A stretch of DNA of 32,000 bases from Candidatus Heimdallarchaeota archaeon (lineage in GTDB: Archaea; Asgardarchaeota; Heimdallarchaeia; Heimdallarchaeales; Kariarchaeaceae): NCBI GenBank assembly GCA_030149205.1, contig JASBSB010000001.1, positions 480,001 through 512,000 on the forward strand, given 5' to 3'. Positions 17,845-26,426 of the stretch are shown piece after piece (within the stretch, counting starts at the first letter, position 1; each line of letters opens with the position of its first letter). The translations under genes were made by a program, and so were the position numbers. The notes below the pieces were generated by a model. The model did not search any database and was not told the DNA's origin. It saw nothing but the letters and a program-made list of their open reading frames with translations.

Positions 17845-18666
17845 TTACAGTATAACATTTGTTGCAACTAAAATACCTAATAATATCAATACAATAGCTA
17901 AAGTTAATGCCACTCCTGTAAAATTAACATTTCTTGCAAATTCAATGAGGATCTTTAGGGTTAATATTCCAATAATGAATGCACTAACAATCCCTACAAA
18001 TATGCCTAGAAAATCTATTGAAACAGAGGAGGTTGACCGGATGTATAAATCTAAGACATCAAGAACGGCTGCACCTAAGACAGCAGGAACAGACATAAGA
18101 AATGATCCACGAAACGCATCCTCTGAATCAACTTTGAACAGCAATAAGGCAGATACTGTGCTCCCTGATCGGCTCACACCAGGTATAATGGTTACTCCTT
18201 GAACCAGACCAACCAGAAACTGTTGCTTCAGAGACAAATCTTGAAGTCTAATTGTTTCTACATCAGACTTGTTGTTTGCATACCATAATAACCCAGCAGT
18301 AATCAACAATGCACCACCGATTATAAAGTATCCAAGAACAGACATCAGTTTTGCGTCTAGGTATTTTAAGAGGAAATTAATTGGGAGGCCCAAAACTCCG
18401 GTTGCAATTGTGGTAATAATTAAAAAATTACGTTCAAAAACATATTCCTTCCAATTGAAAAGAATGTTCTTCCAATCTCTCCAGTAAACCACTAACACTG
18501 CACCTAATGTTCCAATATGAAGCCACAAAGCAATTCTGATTGCAAGATCAAAATTATTCCCAGAGAGCAACCCAAGAGTGGTGAGGACCCCTTCACTTGA
18601 GACAGGCAACCATTCGGCAGTGCCTTGGATAAGACCTAGAAACAGATAATATAAATAATCGGTCAT
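17845..18666 (-). CDS. uppP: Undecaprenyl/polyprenyl-diphosphate phosphatase (BacA/UppP family)
   Basis: QGTAEWLPVSSEG, LHIGT, PGVSRSGSTV and SFLMSVPA motifs; multi-TM. Confidence 0.92.
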   Translation of the reverse strand: MTDYLYYLFLGLIQGTAEWLPVSSEGVLTTLGLLSGNNFDLAIRIALWLHIGTLGAVLVVYWRDWKNILFNWKEYVFERNFLIITTIATGVLGLPINFLLKYLDAKLMSVLGYFIIGGALLITAGLLWYANNKSDVETIRLQDLSLKQQFLVGLVQGVTIIPGVSRSGSTVSALLLFKVDSEDAFRGSFLMSVPAVLGAAVLDVLDLYIRSTSSVSIDFLGIFVGIVSAFIIGILTLKILIEFARNVNFTGVALTLAIVLILLGILVATNVIL

Positions 18667-18797
18667 ATTTGTGCTGAACTCATAACATATTTACATGTTT
18701 AGAAATTATCGGATGATTCTACTAATTACAAACTTGATATTACACAAAAAGTCTATTTCTGCCTCATTTAAATAGAAAAACAACGATGGCTGATTGT

Positions 18798-19640
18798 CTA
18801 CAGTTCGTTTTTGAGACTAAAAATGTAATGATTTTTTTGATGTTTTGAGTCGGAAAGATAGTCGATTATTTGATATCCTCTCTTGAACAATTGAATTGCT
18901 GTTTCCCTAAAATACCTCCGCCAATAAATTGCCTGTTCTAAGTCTGCTACTCTAATATCTTGGTAATTTGCTGGAACTTCAACAGCCAAATAACTTTGTT
19001 GGGTCGAATTTAAACCCTCTTTTTTTTCGTTCCTCCTAAAGTCAATGATCTGATTTAAGTAAACAAGGTTTTCATATTCTCTTTCTGAAAATCCCTGCAT
19101 ACAGTTTTTTACAACCTCTGAATCAACAATCCATGAGACATACAATCGATCTGAAGAAACTCCCTCATATATTCCTATTCCTTTGGGTTTTCCATAATAG
19201 TTAACTCTATAATCTGCACAAACACAACCTAACTTGTGAAAATTCAAATATGCATTTTGGGGGAGAAGGGGGTCAAAAGTCCAATGAATCGTCCTAACTC
19301 TTGGATTTGTGGAATTCAAAACCAAATTATAGTGGGCTTTTTTCAATAGGAAGCCAATATTTTGATTTTGGTAATTTGGGTCAATCGCCATCATATGACT
19401 GTAATGCTTATCTGGGAACATGGGAAACCCATAAATATAACCAACAATTTTTTCTGGATCTTCTCTTGGTCTCGCTGTTAATACGATCCCGAAATCAGAG
19501 ACAGCTTTGATTTCAAAGGATGGTACAATTTCTAAGTCAGATAAATCCCAAGCTTTTCTCATAATTTCCATTATTTGATGAACTTCATCCATTGTAGAGA
19601 TACGTTTAATCAGATAGGAATCAGATACCACATTTTCCAA
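18798..19640 (-). CDS. GNAT-family acyltransferase (COG3375-like, N-succinyltransferase type)
   Basis: YSHMMAIDPNYQNQNIGFLLK, WTFDPL..NA.LN..KLG, Y..NYYG and SDRLYVSW, then LAVEVP and WR...R motifs. Start uncertain (TTG 19640). Confidence 0.75.
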   Translation of the reverse strand: MENVVSDSYLIKRISTMDEVHQIMEIMRKAWDLSDLEIVPSFEIKAVSDFGIVLTARPREDPEKIVGYIYGFPMFPDKHYSHMMAIDPNYQNQNIGFLLKKAHYNLVLNSTNPRVRTIHWTFDPLLPQNAYLNFHKLGCVCADYRVNYYGKPKGIGIYEGVSSDRLYVSWIVDSEVVKNCMQGFSEREYENLVYLNQIIDFRRNEKKEGLNSTQQSYLAVEVPANYQDIRVADLEQAIYWRRYFRETAIQLFKRGYQIIDYLSDSKHQKNHYIFSLKNEL

Positions 19641-19699
19641 ATGGTCTTCGAATTTAATTCTTTTTTACAAAGGTCAGGTCATTATCATAATTTGCCAAT

Positions 19700-20179
19700 T
19701 TAAAATTTCCAAAGCGTGGGTGAGTTTGCAAAATTCTCAAGTGTCCATGCAAAAACCTTCTCTGGAACCAATGCCCAAAATTCTGATCCATGCTCCATCT
19801 TGTATTTTTTATGGTATTCTTGATTAATCAATATTGAAATTTCAGAATTGGCTAACCTTGCAACTCCTTCAATAATGATAACATTATCTCCACTTTCAGA
19901 ATGAATGGTCACAAGAGGGTTGTTTTTTACATTTTTCTTCCACTGTATTTCCCCTCCAGAAAAGAATATGTAATTTTCAAACCAAATACCCCAGATAGGT
20001 CTAACATGCGGTTTGTTGTTCACTCCGACAGTTCCAATCCAGTAATTTCTGGAGCTTGACATGATTTTTGAAACAAATTCCCAGGATAATAAGCCATTCT
20101 CCCCTTCATCTATACCATAACTTGGAAGTCTTGGTCTAATTGGTTTTGGAATTTTTAATGGTAATTTTAGGTCGTACAT
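19700..20179 (-). CDS. Pyridoxamine 5'-phosphate oxidase-like split-barrel flavin/F420-binding protein
   Basis: PIRPRLPSYGI, GLLSWE, SRNYWIGTV...KPHVRPIWGIW, KNVKNNP and V..IEG motifs. Likely start ATG 20179; the ORF track starts at 20239. Confidence 0.8.
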   Translation of the reverse strand: MYDLKLPLKIPKPIRPRLPSYGIDEGENGLLSWEFVSKIMSSSRNYWIGTVGVNNKPHVRPIWGIWFENYIFFSGGEIQWKKNVKNNPLVTIHSESGDNVIIIEGVARLANSEISILINQEYHKKYKMEHGSEFWALVPEKVFAWTLENFANSPTLWKF

Positions 20180-20301
20180 CAATGAGCTACAGATCGATAA
20201 TATAATAGGATTTTGGTTCACAGATAAAATGAGTGTCACAAAGTCTCAGGAATCGCTGTTACAAATCTAACAATTTATACAAGCAAAATAAATTGATAAT
20301 C

Positions 20302-20883
20302 ATGGTCTGGAACAAGACTCTTGAAGACCTTGAAGAATTCCCACCTATTGCTCAGCTAGACTCCACAGATGTAATTCTATGGAACTATAAAGCTGCATCT
20401 ATTCTATATACACAGGGATTTTTTGGAAAACCATTAGGTGAGCGAAAAATAAAACCAGAGTTCATTGAGAGACCATTTGTGCTATCTTATTTTGACACAC
20501 TCTATCTCTTGGAACATAATATTATAAGAATATCCAAACAGGGTCAACAAGTGGGAATCGAAGAGTTCAAAGAGTTCGCAATCCAAAATTATGAAGATTT
20601 TATCAATAAATATTTCTTCTACAAGTTTTTGAGGAAAATGAATTTTGTTGTTCGACCAGGAATGAAGTTCGGTTCAGATTTTATTGTTTATTCAAAAGGC
20701 CCAGGACTAGAACATTCTCAATGGGTTTTTCATGCGGAAAATCAAAATTTAAGACTTAGAGCCATAAGAATAGTTAGAGCTGGAAGATTGGCACAATCAG
20801 TCAAGAAGAAATATATGGTCGCAATTCGAGATGAGCAGACTGATCAACCAAAATTTTTTATGTTTGAAAGAGTGAAAATTTGA
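20302..20883 (+). CDS. endA: tRNA-intron (splicing) endonuclease, catalytic alpha subunit
   Basis: RPGMKFGSDFIVYSKGPGLEHS supplies the catalytic Tyr and His, and RAGRLAQSVKKK supplies the Lys. Likely start ATG 20302 (193 aa); the ORF track starts at 20233. Confidence 0.92.
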   Translation: MVWNKTLEDLEEFPPIAQLDSTDVILWNYKAASILYTQGFFGKPLGERKIKPEFIERPFVLSYFDTLYLLEHNIIRISKQGQQVGIEEFKEFAIQNYEDFINKYFFYKFLRKMNFVVRPGMKFGSDFIVYSKGPGLEHSQWVFHAENQNLRLRAIRIVRAGRLAQSVKKKYMVAIRDEQTDQPKFFMFERVKI

Positions 20884-20892
20884 GGGAAGTTC

Positions 20893-21792
20893 ATGGACAT
20901 TTTGACGCTTTCTGTTCTGGTTTTATTGCTCTTCCTGATTATAGGCTTTAGCTCTTTCTGGTACATTATTAAACAGATTTATCTCCCACCTTATCCACCA
21001 CATCTTCGTGGAAAGATCCCCTCAATCCCAGATTTTGATGGATATATCGCACCAACCAAAAGTTGGGAGAAACGATTAAGAGTAAGAGTATGGGAGGTAG
21101 AGGGGAAAAAGATCATATTGTTTTTTCACGGGTGGGATTCTTCATCAGGATTTTTTAGCCAGTACGTGATGCAATTCAAAGAGAAAGGATGGACTGTGGT
21201 CACAGTAGACCTTAGATCAATGGGCGAAAGTGAAAGACAAGCTCTGGTTTCACAAATTGATTTTGCTGAAGATATTCAACAGGCTTTATCTTGGGTTCTT
21301 GAAAAATACCCATCAAAGTCAGACATAACAATTTATGGACACAGTATTGGAGGGGTTTCCTTGATTTTAGGGTTGGGATGGAAAATTATTGATCAGTCTA
21401 AACTGAATCAGATTGTGACTGAAGGAATATATGCAGATAGTAATTATCTTTTAAATCGAATGGTAAACAAATTTCCGTTTAAATCTCAAATTAAACCGAT
21501 TTTTTTGAAATTTCTAATGATAAGGTTAAAACAAGTTTACAAGAACAATCCACATAAATGGGTCCTTAACAGTACCACAAATCTGGATCCATTCCGACAA
21601 TTAAACAAAATTGATGTACCACTGTTAATGATCCATACTGAGAATGATGAAATCGTTAACTATTCTGAAACTGAACTGTTCAAACTTCACAAGAAAGCAA
21701 ATGTGAGATTCTTAAGTTTCAGGACTGGTGGTCACTTTCGCCTATCTTATGAAAATGAGTTCTTTGTAAAACTCTTTAACGAGATTGAATAA
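20893..21792 (+). CDS. Membrane-anchored alpha/beta-fold hydrolase
   Basis: N-terminal TM helix, FFHGW, VDLRSMGES, nucleophile elbow GHSIGG, then IHTENDEIV (Asp) and GGH (His). Confidence 0.85.
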   Translation: MDILTLSVLVLLLFLIIGFSSFWYIIKQIYLPPYPPHLRGKIPSIPDFDGYIAPTKSWEKRLRVRVWEVEGKKIILFFHGWDSSSGFFSQYVMQFKEKGWTVVTVDLRSMGESERQALVSQIDFAEDIQQALSWVLEKYPSKSDITIYGHSIGGVSLILGLGWKIIDQSKLNQIVTEGIYADSNYLLNRMVNKFPFKSQIKPIFLKFLMIRLKQVYKNNPHKWVLNSTTNLDPFRQLNKIDVPLLMIHTENDEIVNYSETELFKLHKKANVRFLSFRTGGHFRLSYENEFFVKLFNEIE

Positions 21793-22468
21793 TTTCTGAT
21801 GTAAGCGTAGCTTTTGCTCCAAACTTTCGTTCACTTCCACTTAAAAGACGTTTAATGTTTTCTCTATGAGTATAATAAAGCAATCCAATATAGAAATAGA
21901 TTAAAAAGAAATACATATCCATACCAGATGACCCTGTATTTAATAGAATAGCATCTTGTCTCATGAAAAATATTGGATAAAGTGCAACAACACCTATTAA
22001 GTTCCCTAAACTTGTGAAACGGGTGGATCCAACTACCAAGAGCCATATGACTAACAGAAACATGAAGGATACTGGGTCAATTCCAAGAATTACACCCGCT
22101 GTGGTCGCACCACCCTTTCCTCCTTTAAATTTTAAAAATATTGAAAAACAATGACCTATGACCACTAAACCTGATGAAATTACAACAATTACAGTAGGGT
22201 CTGCAAAAATCCCTGTGGAGGGAAAGGCATTAGTGTACCAATATGCAACCCTAACGACGAAGGTGCCCTTTAATACATCTACAATACCAGCAAATAGACC
22301 TACTTTAACTCCCATAGTCCTTGCAGCATTAGCACCACCCACATTCCCAGAACCTACCTTTGTAATATCAAAACCATAGCCATATCGAGCAATAACATAT
22401 GAAGTTGGAAATGACCCGACAATGTAGGATAGTACAATGATTATAATTTCATACACATACATACCCAC
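21776..22468 (-). CDS. plsY: Acyl-phosphate:glycerol-3-phosphate acyltransferase (PlsY family)
   Basis: All three PlsY motifs: GSFPT/GSGNVGGANAAR, GHCFSIFLKFKGGKGGAT and HRENIKRLLSGSE. Confidence 0.92.
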   Translation of the reverse strand: MGMYVYEIIIIVLSYIVGSFPTSYVIARYGYGFDITKVGSGNVGGANAARTMGVKVGLFAGIVDVLKGTFVVRVAYWYTNAFPSTGIFADPTVIVVISSGLVVIGHCFSIFLKFKGGKGGATTAGVILGIDPVSFMFLLVIWLLVVGSTRFTSLGNLIGVVALYPIFFMRQDAILLNTGSSGMDMYFFLIYFYIGLLYYTHRENIKRLLSGSERKFGAKATLTSEIIQSR

Positions 22469-22666
22469 TCTTGTAAACCTAAATAGGTTTCGTGGATAAT
22501 TCTATCAAATATGAAAATTCTATTGAAATATTCTTCAGATTGATTGATTCTTGAGAAGTCAACTTAATTCCTGAAGTAGAACCTTATGAATAGAATTAAA
22601 GAGTAAAATTACAAAAATTTACATGCTTTGTCCTAATATTCATAACATAAGTAACAATTTAAACGC

Positions 22667-23053
22667 ATGAACAAAGAGATCATTTCATCTGATAAAGCTC
22701 CTGCAGCAATAGGACCTTACTCACAAGCTATTAAACTTGACAACCTACTTTTTTCTAGTGGGCAGGTTGCTTTTATACCTGGTACAAAACAATTAGTCCA
22801 AGATACAATAGCTGAAGAAACTCGTCAGGTATTAACCAACTTGCAAAATCTGGTTGAAGAGGCGGGGTCCTCATTACGTCATGCTCTGAAAATTACCATT
22901 TTTATGACTGATATGAACAATTATTCAATAATAAACAAAGTTTATGCAGAATTTTTTGGAGAGTCGAAACCTGCAAGAAGTGCGGTTAGTGTTTCAAAAT
23001 TGCCTGCAGGTGCAAATATTGAAATAGAGGGTATTTTTTACATCCCAAAATAA
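22667..23053 (+). CDS. ridA: RidA/YjgF enamine-imine deaminase
   Basis: APAAIGPYSQA, SSGQV, NKVYAEFF, PARSAV (conserved Arg) and LPAGANIEIE motifs. Confidence 0.93.
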   Translation: MNKEIISSDKAPAAIGPYSQAIKLDNLLFSSGQVAFIPGTKQLVQDTIAEETRQVLTNLQNLVEEAGSSLRHALKITIFMTDMNNYSIINKVYAEFFGESKPARSAVSVSKLPAGANIEIEGIFYIPK

Positions 23054-23191
23054 AAATATTAATCGAAGATGTAGTTAGATAACTGATTTACAACAATGAT
23101 CTGATCAAATTAATCTCTCCTTTCTTACAGATATTGAGTGTTCTTTATATGGTTTAGATGTTTGTACTCACTATCTGAGAATTTACTTTTT

Positions 23192-24538
23192 TCAATCTTC
23201 TGCATAAAAGAAACAGGATTTCAGGTTATTGCTTAAAATTGAACTCTCTTCAACTCCTGGCAATTCACTCTCTGCAAGAGAATCGATAATCGGATTGGAT
23301 TTTATTGCAAAATCTCTCAGACCAACCCTGTGTCGGATATCGAAATCATTTGCAATAAGAACATATATATTTTTTCTAATTCGGTATATAGAAATTACAC
23401 CACCTTCATAATTGATGGTCTTTATCTCAGCTGATTCCTGAAGAGTCTCCTTCAGGAAATCTGAAAGAGCGACAACGAATCCACCAAGTAAAGTGGCTTC
23501 TGTATCAGTGTCTGTGTCTGAGTAATGATAGATTGGCAATGATTCCCTAATAACAATAAGATGGTTTATTCTCAGTAATTTTGAATCATCAAATTTTAAC
23601 AAATCTAAACTTATGGTGAGAAGATCTTCCAAATCAATCTTAAACAGGCGTCCTATGGTTTCATAAATTTCTGATTTTATTGAATCGAGATCACTAACCT
23701 TAGTGTCAGAATCTACTGGGAATGATTGAATTGCAAAAAGTAGTGTACTTTGAATTTTACTCAGCTCCAGCCATTTTAGAAGTGAGTTTACTGCAAGATC
23801 ATATTTTAAAGCCTTCTTTAAATCATTCTTTATAATATAAAGGTAAGAAAGTATAGAATTAAATAACAACGATAAATATTTCTGTCCTTGTAAGTTTGCA
23901 ATTGAATCTAAATCCTCAATGTAGGTGATAGTAGTATCTAGCGCAGTGTAATCTGTTGTGTTTATAAAAATATGAAATGAGATTTCACCCATGGTAACAT
24001 AACCTTTCATTATTTGAACAAAATTGTTAACAAAATCAAGCTGCTTTTGTTTATCTCCCTCAATCGAAGCCATTAGTTCAATCATGCTGTTGGACTTGGA
24101 ATTCTGCTTTTCCAGGCGTCTTGAATAGTTTCTTAGCATCACCTGCTCTAGATACACATTTTCAAATTTTGACCACAAAAGATCCAAATCTAGCGATATT
24201 TTTGATAAATCATCCTTTTCCCTCCAGATCTTCTCTGGTGATCTCAAGTTGATGATGTCAATAAGATTTTTTGTGGTGATACCATTAGACACCCTGTAAA
24301 CAACAAAGGCTTCTGTAAATTTAAGATACAATGATTTAATTGACTCCAATTCGAATTTCGGATTTATTAAGTCCAGAATGATTAACCAAATACTATCACT
24401 CTTAAGGGTTTGTTCTTCTGAAATATCCTCAAAATTTAGAATATCAATTGTGTGCTCAAGTTGATTTAATTTCTCAAAAAATTGTTCGTCTCCTAAATAT
24501 AATGACTTTACTAGTTTTCGATTCAGTAACTTAGGCAC
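23192..24538 (-). CDS. Receiver-like domain + coiled coil/helical region + C-terminal longin-like domain protein
   Basis: N-terminal LIILDLINP and ..KNLIDIIN receiver-like pattern. C-terminal HLIVIRESLPIYHY..TLLGGFVVALSDFLKE..IKTINYEGGVI, typical of Asgard longins. Confidence 0.7.
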   Translation of the reverse strand: MPKLLNRKLVKSLYLGDEQFFEKLNQLEHTIDILNFEDISEEQTLKSDSIWLIILDLINPKFELESIKSLYLKFTEAFVVYRVSNGITTKNLIDIINLRSPEKIWREKDDLSKISLDLDLLWSKFENVYLEQVMLRNYSRRLEKQNSKSNSMIELMASIEGDKQKQLDFVNNFVQIMKGYVTMGEISFHIFINTTDYTALDTTITYIEDLDSIANLQGQKYLSLLFNSILSYLYIIKNDLKKALKYDLAVNSLLKWLELSKIQSTLLFAIQSFPVDSDTKVSDLDSIKSEIYETIGRLFKIDLEDLLTISLDLLKFDDSKLLRINHLIVIRESLPIYHYSDTDTDTEATLLGGFVVALSDFLKETLQESAEIKTINYEGGVISIYRIRKNIYVLIANDFDIRHRVGLRDFAIKSNPIIDSLAESELPGVEESSILSNNLKSCFFYAED

Positions 24539-24656
24539 ACTAATAGTTAAATTCTGTTATTAATAAGTTATTTGGAACTTATTTGTTGAAATTAGGTAAC
24601 CTTATTCTATACCAAATGGGTTGGACTAAAAGATACCTTCATTTAACACCATTCAT

Positions 24657-25892
24657 TTGTATTTTGTGGATAAATCTTCAATTCTCCTCCAAGCGTTTTA
24701 CTGGAATACGGAAAATTATTGGTTTAAATTATTATCATCAAAGTGCAAAAATGGTGAATTTTCAGATTTTACACATTTATGGTTACCTCCTGTCTCAAAG
24801 GGTGCGTCTGGAGTCAGTTCGATGGGTTATGATCCTTATGATTATTATGACCTTGGAGAATTTGAACAGAAAGGAACAAGACCGACAAGATTTGGCGCTC
24901 GAGAGGACTTGGATGAATTAATAAAATCCTGCAAGCTTGCTAATTTAAAGTTGATTGCTGACATCATACCAAACCATAATAGTGGAGGTGCTTCAGAGTG
25001 GAATCCAAATGTTGGAAGATACACCCACACAGATTTTTCAGAGATAAAAAGTGGCAGATTTAAAAGAAACTATGAATCCTTTCATCCTTGTTCTTCAAGG
25101 ATTAGTGATCGAGGTTTCTTTAGTGACTTTGCTGATCTAGCATTCTCTTCGAACCCTGTGAAGGATGAGATTATAAACTGGGGGCTTTGGATGAGTGAGC
25201 AAGGGTTTTCAGAATGGAGATTTGACTTTGTCAAAGGGTTAGAGCCAGAAGTGATCAAACTATGGAGGGAAAGGGTTCCTGGGGAAATAATTGCAGAATA
25301 CTGGGATGGTGATGTTAATGAGTTGGTAGATTGGCTTGAAGAGGTTAATTTCTCATGTCTTGCATTTGATTTCCCACTTTATTACAAATTTGAAAAACTC
25401 TCAAACAACCCGAGTAATTTTTCAATGTTTGACCTTCTATATTCTGGATTGTCTGGACAGGTTCCACAAAACTCGGTAACCTTTGTTGCAAACCACGACA
25501 TTGATAATGTTTCTGACAAATTCAAACCGTTTGCTTATGCATACATACTAACACTTGATGTCATTCCATCTGTGTTTTGGAAGGATTTTGAAAAACCTTC
25601 ATTAAACAATTTTATTCTATCCTTCTTGAGAATTCGAAAAGAATTTCGACATTTTGCTTATTCTGTTCCATATTGTGATGAGAGACTCATGGTGATGGAA
25701 AGATCCAATCAATCTGAGGCATTCATCGTCTGTCTCAACCTAGCTCCTGAGCAGACCAGAGTACATCTTAATTTTCCGTTTAACGTTAGCAAGGTAAGCC
25801 AGATACTTTCTGATGGAAATCACCAAATTTTGAATCAAAATTCAGTAGAATTTGAAGTTAGTCAATTAGTTTCGGTCTTCAAAGTTTGTTGA
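24657..25892 (+). CDS. GH13 alpha-amylase (Thermococcales GH13_7-like), no signal peptide
   Basis: LQAFYW, WLPP.SKG, MGYDPYDYYDLGE, ADIIPNH, WRFDFVKG (Asp), AEYWD (Glu) and FVANHD (Asp). Start uncertain (TTG 24657 or GTG 24666). Confidence 0.9.
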   Translation: MYFVDKSSILLQAFYWNTENYWFKLLSSKCKNGEFSDFTHLWLPPVSKGASGVSSMGYDPYDYYDLGEFEQKGTRPTRFGAREDLDELIKSCKLANLKLIADIIPNHNSGGASEWNPNVGRYTHTDFSEIKSGRFKRNYESFHPCSSRISDRGFFSDFADLAFSSNPVKDEIINWGLWMSEQGFSEWRFDFVKGLEPEVIKLWRERVPGEIIAEYWDGDVNELVDWLEEVNFSCLAFDFPLYYKFEKLSNNPSNFSMFDLLYSGLSGQVPQNSVTFVANHDIDNVSDKFKPFAYAYILTLDVIPSVFWKDFEKPSLNNFILSFLRIRKEFRHFAYSVPYCDERLMVMERSNQSEAFIVCLNLAPEQTRVHLNFPFNVSKVSQILSDGNHQILNQNSVEFEVSQLVSVFKVC

Positions 25893-25905
25893 ATTTTTTG
25901 CTTTT
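25893..25905 (+). terminator. Possible oligo-T terminator after the amylase gene
   Basis: ATTTTTTGCTTTT immediately after the TGA stop. Confidence 0.3.
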
Positions 25906-25979
25906 CCTTCAACCATACCATATTATCAGTCTTTCATTTAGAAGCCAAGCTTCAAATAATTTCAATCATAATTTATCCT

Positions 25980-26426
25980 GTGCAACAAATCGATGTTCCA
26001 ACTATTTTTGATATTTACATCCTTAAAACCTCAGGAATTCCTTTGATGACTGGGTGTACCATGACAGATTTCTGCAAAGCCAGAATGAAGCATCATGAAT
26101 TGCAATCTGGATTTTTTGGTGCCCTTTTCTCTTTCTCTCAGGAGCTTTTCGCAGATGAACACATTCAGTCAATTATCTTCGAAAACTTTCAGATTAATTT
26201 TCTTATTGATCCGTTCACAGAAATTATGTTTATTGTAGTTCATCCAATCACAGCCCATGTAGAAACAATTCAGCGAAAATTACTGGAGGTTAAAAATGCT
26301 TTTCTGAAGAGGTTTCCTGACATTCATCAACAAAAGGTAGTTAATCAGGTTATTTTTGATCAGTTTCTTCCCATCTTGAAATCCATTAACATTAGTAAGT
26401 CTCCTCTCTACTGTGTTGTCACCTAG
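25980..26426 (+). CDS. Stand-alone longin-like domain protein
   Basis: IYILKTSGIPL, ELQSGFFGALFSFSQE, IQSIIF..FQINF, IMFIVV, LLEVKNAFLKRF and IFDQF match the Asgard longin pattern. Ends in CVVT. Confidence 0.72.
   Translation: MQQIDVPTIFDIYILKTSGIPLMTGCTMTDFCKARMKHHELQSGFFGALFSFSQELFADEHIQSIIFENFQINFLIDPFTEIMFIVVHPITAHVETIQRKLLEVKNAFLKRFPDIHQQKVVNQVIFDQFLPILKSINISKSPLYCVVT

Noticed and set aside
17845-18666. uppP as evidence of peptidoglycan or bacterial contamination
   Set aside because: BacA/UppP homologs are common in archaea for lipid-carrier recycling, and the neighbours carry archaeal signals.
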